Made by a program: the position numbers and the translations under genes
NCBI RefSeq assembly: GCF_000143415.4
Contig: NW_003314350.1
Span: 496,001 to 560,000 of the forward strand
DNA from: Selaginella moellendorffii
Taxonomy: Eukaryota; Plantae; Lycopodiophyta
Reading direction: 5' to 3'
DNA length: 64,000 bases
Notes under the pieces: generated by a model
Told to the model about the DNA's origin: nothing
The model's input: only the letters and a program-made list of their open reading frames with translations
Databases searched by the model: none
Part shown: positions 62,672 through 64,000 of the stretch, piece by piece
Layout of the letters: every line of letters begins with the position of its first letter
How positions within the stretch are numbered: the stretch's first letter is position 1

Positions 62672-63078
62672 TCAGGGAGCTGGTCATTTGTCTCTAGTTT
62701 TCTCGCCTTTAGATCGCTTGCGTGTTTTCATTGGCCACTCCCAGCGTAGGACCTCCAGGGCCCCCTGCCCAGCTATAAGCTTCTAGAAAAAGTCCTCGAG
62801 CGGGAAGAACAAAAGAAAGAGAAGATCATATGACGTTGCTAGGAAATAGGAAAATCAAAAGAACTCATACCTTCCCAATATCCAGGATGTTTAAAATCCA
62901 CGGCCGTGCCAAGGAGCCGCGACCATTTCTTCGCGAGCTCCGGGTCAGCATTCATAAAGAATTTCCAATCCTAGATTTCTACTTCGATCGCGAGCTTGAC
63001 CCATTGGTGGCGCTTCGTCTGCGGAGGATCAAACCGGCCATTTCTTCCAGATTATCAGGAATGCGCACCTGTCGCCAT
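62672..63078 (-). pseudogene. Deletion-riddled copy of the MESD-like gene
   Basis: VRIPDNL, tttgatcctccgc, ELAKKWSRLL, aggacttttt, agaagcttat and caaatgac are colinear with 27128-27816. Confidence 0.82.
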
Positions 63079-63191
63079 AAACCCTAGCTTGAGCTAGAAG
63101 AAAGAGTGTTACAGGAATCGAGCCTGTGACACCCGGTTTTAACTTTAACACGTATTTCCATTGATTTGCCTCGATTACATGTCACTCAATC

Positions 63192-64000
63192 TCAGAGATT
63201 TTTCCCTGTGGCCTTCGCTAGGCGAGCACTCGACTCGGCGATCTTGCCAAGAAGAGTGCTAACTTGGAGTTCGTAGTTAACTGTCAAGTTTTTCTGTAGA
63301 GAAACCAAGGATTCAAGCAACTTAAATTTGAAGTTCCAACATACCAGTTCCAGCAGTAGGCCGAGATGTTTTGCCTGGAGCTGCTCGAGAGTTTCTTCGT
63401 GAGAGTAGCTCTTATAAGTCAGTGTGGCGCCTCCATTAGACGACTGGAACATCAAACGTGAAGGATATAGAAAAGAACTAAACAAGAAGGGCGTTTGACG
63501 CGAACCTCGTTTTGGCTGGCTTGGATGCCTTCCTTATCATCCAGGGGAGCCTACAGAGGAGCGTTTTGAACGGGAAAAACACATACAAAGTGAAGTTACC
63601 TCAGTTTGTGCAAGTCCTTGCTTTCCACCGTCGCCTTTAGATGGCTTGCTAGCAGGAGAAGTTTTTTTCAATCCGCTAATTGGTTGTTCGTTCCTGGGAT
63701 TCGGACTACTGCTTGAAAGCTGGAGCTGAAAACACAAAAAGAACAAAAGCAAGGCTTAGTTTTAAGGAATTATACTTCTACCAGTGAGTTCTGTGTAACT
63801 TGGCTGTCAGTGCATGATTTCTTCGCAGACCATTCATGGTTCTCATCGTCATCACTATCTGGTACAACCAGAGTTGCAACAGCGAGCTTTTCCTGAGAAA
63901 CACGTTAACAACGGTAGTACAGTCGCTTGCTTACCTCTTCGTGTCCTCGTTTTTTCCCGCTACAGGATGAAATGACGTTCGCTCCCGTTATCTTGACGTT
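63192..64000 (-). CDS. 3' exons of an unidentified multi-exon gene that begins beyond the window
   Basis: Six phase-consistent GT-AG exons, S/K-rich, ending KIAESSARLAKATGKNL*. Confidence 0.6.

Overview
Gene-dense plant nuclear DNA with very short (about 50-100 nt) introns, many PLS-PPR genes and two N-gaps (7074-7173, 37204-37517). These traits suggest a lycophyte such as Selaginella (inference; no database search was run, and family calls rest on motifs recalled from memory). Apparently intact genes: CDK8/CDKE;1, gamma-glutamyl peptidase (GGP), a small Cys-rich secreted peptide, an nsLTP-like protein, an LRR receptor kinase with two island insertions, two paralogous coiled-coil proteins, a MESD-like ER chaperone, two CYP71-clan P450s (one frameshifted), a LIP1-type lipase, CENP-X/MHF2, a PLS-E PPR and an RRT/GT106 glycosyltransferase. 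Decayed material: two copies of a Ty3/Gypsy element (174-bp LTRs, 4-bp TSDs, tRNA-Ala-like PBS, G GGA AAC plus pseudoknot -1 frameshift signal), a LINE remnant, four copies of an unrecognised gene linked to GGP, and pseudogenes of ZIP4, an RPW8-NLR, PPRs and MESD. The most unusual items are a duplicated exon-shuffled chimera (PHT4::BMI1-RAWUL::PHT4, with adjacent dTMP kinase exons), MHF2 and the PPR separated by only 44 nt, the modular coiled-coil pair, and the frameshift pseudoknot.
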